A DNA stretch of 63,577 nucleotides, counting the filler, from Collodictyon triciliatum (taxonomy: Eukaryota): NCBI GenBank assembly GCA_043381765.1. It is 47 parts of 47 records of this genome, joined end to end, with 100 filler letters (N's around TTAATTAATTAA, not from the genome) between each part and the next. Parts side by side here need not be neighbours in the genome. Positions count along the whole stretch, not along the records: positions 62,326 to 63,577 come from JBHJMP010011692.1; 46 more parts are not named here. One strand, written 5' to 3'. The notes beneath the pieces are model-generated. The model did no database searches, was not told the DNA's origin, and was given only the letters and a program-made list of their open reading frames with translations. This document shows, one piece after another, positions 63,298-63,577 of this stretch. Both the position numbers and the translations under genes were made by a program. Positions within the stretch are counted from its first letter, which is position 1; each line of letters begins with the position of its first letter.

Positions 63298-63577
63298 CTA
63301 TGATATGAGTATTATTAGTGGATCACGTTGCAGAGTCACAGATCAGTCCGTTCCAAATATTTATGATTACAGTTAGCATTTACTGCTCTAAATATCATAT
63401 GCAAGATTGTTTTATGATGGAATCAACATAAACATAAATAACTCTAGGACCCACTGGCCTTCCTGAATGGAACGAAATAAGAGGAAAGAGGAAAGAGGAA
63501 AGAGGAAAGAGGAAAGAGGAAAGAGGAAAGAGGAAAGAGGAAAGAGGAAAGAGGAAAGAGGAAAGAGGAAAGAGGAA

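Noticed and set aside
63478-63577. Telomeric repeat (GAGGAAA)n or (ATAGGA)n at about 26945-27043
   Set aside because: Each occurs once, next to genes, among many different SSR types; no common terminal repeat.

Overview
This is not one locus. It is 47 unlinked eukaryotic contigs of about 1.25 kb, in roughly decreasing length order, joined by an artificial 100-bp spacer (N44-TTAATTAATTAA-N44). Most contigs break at microsatellites. The host is an intron-rich, microsatellite-rich protist, probably flagellated (CPLANE1-, WDR90-, WDR27-, BART- and Sfi1-like fragments), with an amoebozoan-type cyclase-kinase. Spliced gene fragments reconstructed by hand include TAF2, PWP1, HDDC2, RPLP2, GUP1-like MBOAT, ZPR1, ABCB1, DTWD1, an MFS transporter, and temptin, CBM9-like, MORN, LRR and WD40 proteins. 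The strongest unexpected signals are four. (1) An L1/Tx1-like LINE family whose terminal 26-29 nt occur on their own as TSD-flanked micro-insertions (four copies), plus a 122-nt copy nested in a YADD reverse transcriptase. (2) A C-terminal PCNA-binding PIP box conserved across two diverged LINE lineages. (3) A probable endogenous Polinton-like virus capsid fragment with a small Cys-Cys membrane ORF and a 16-bp hairpin. (4) Immune-like repeat architectures: a one-LRR-per-exon array and near-identical WD40 repeats. All family assignments are from motif recognition; no database search was run.
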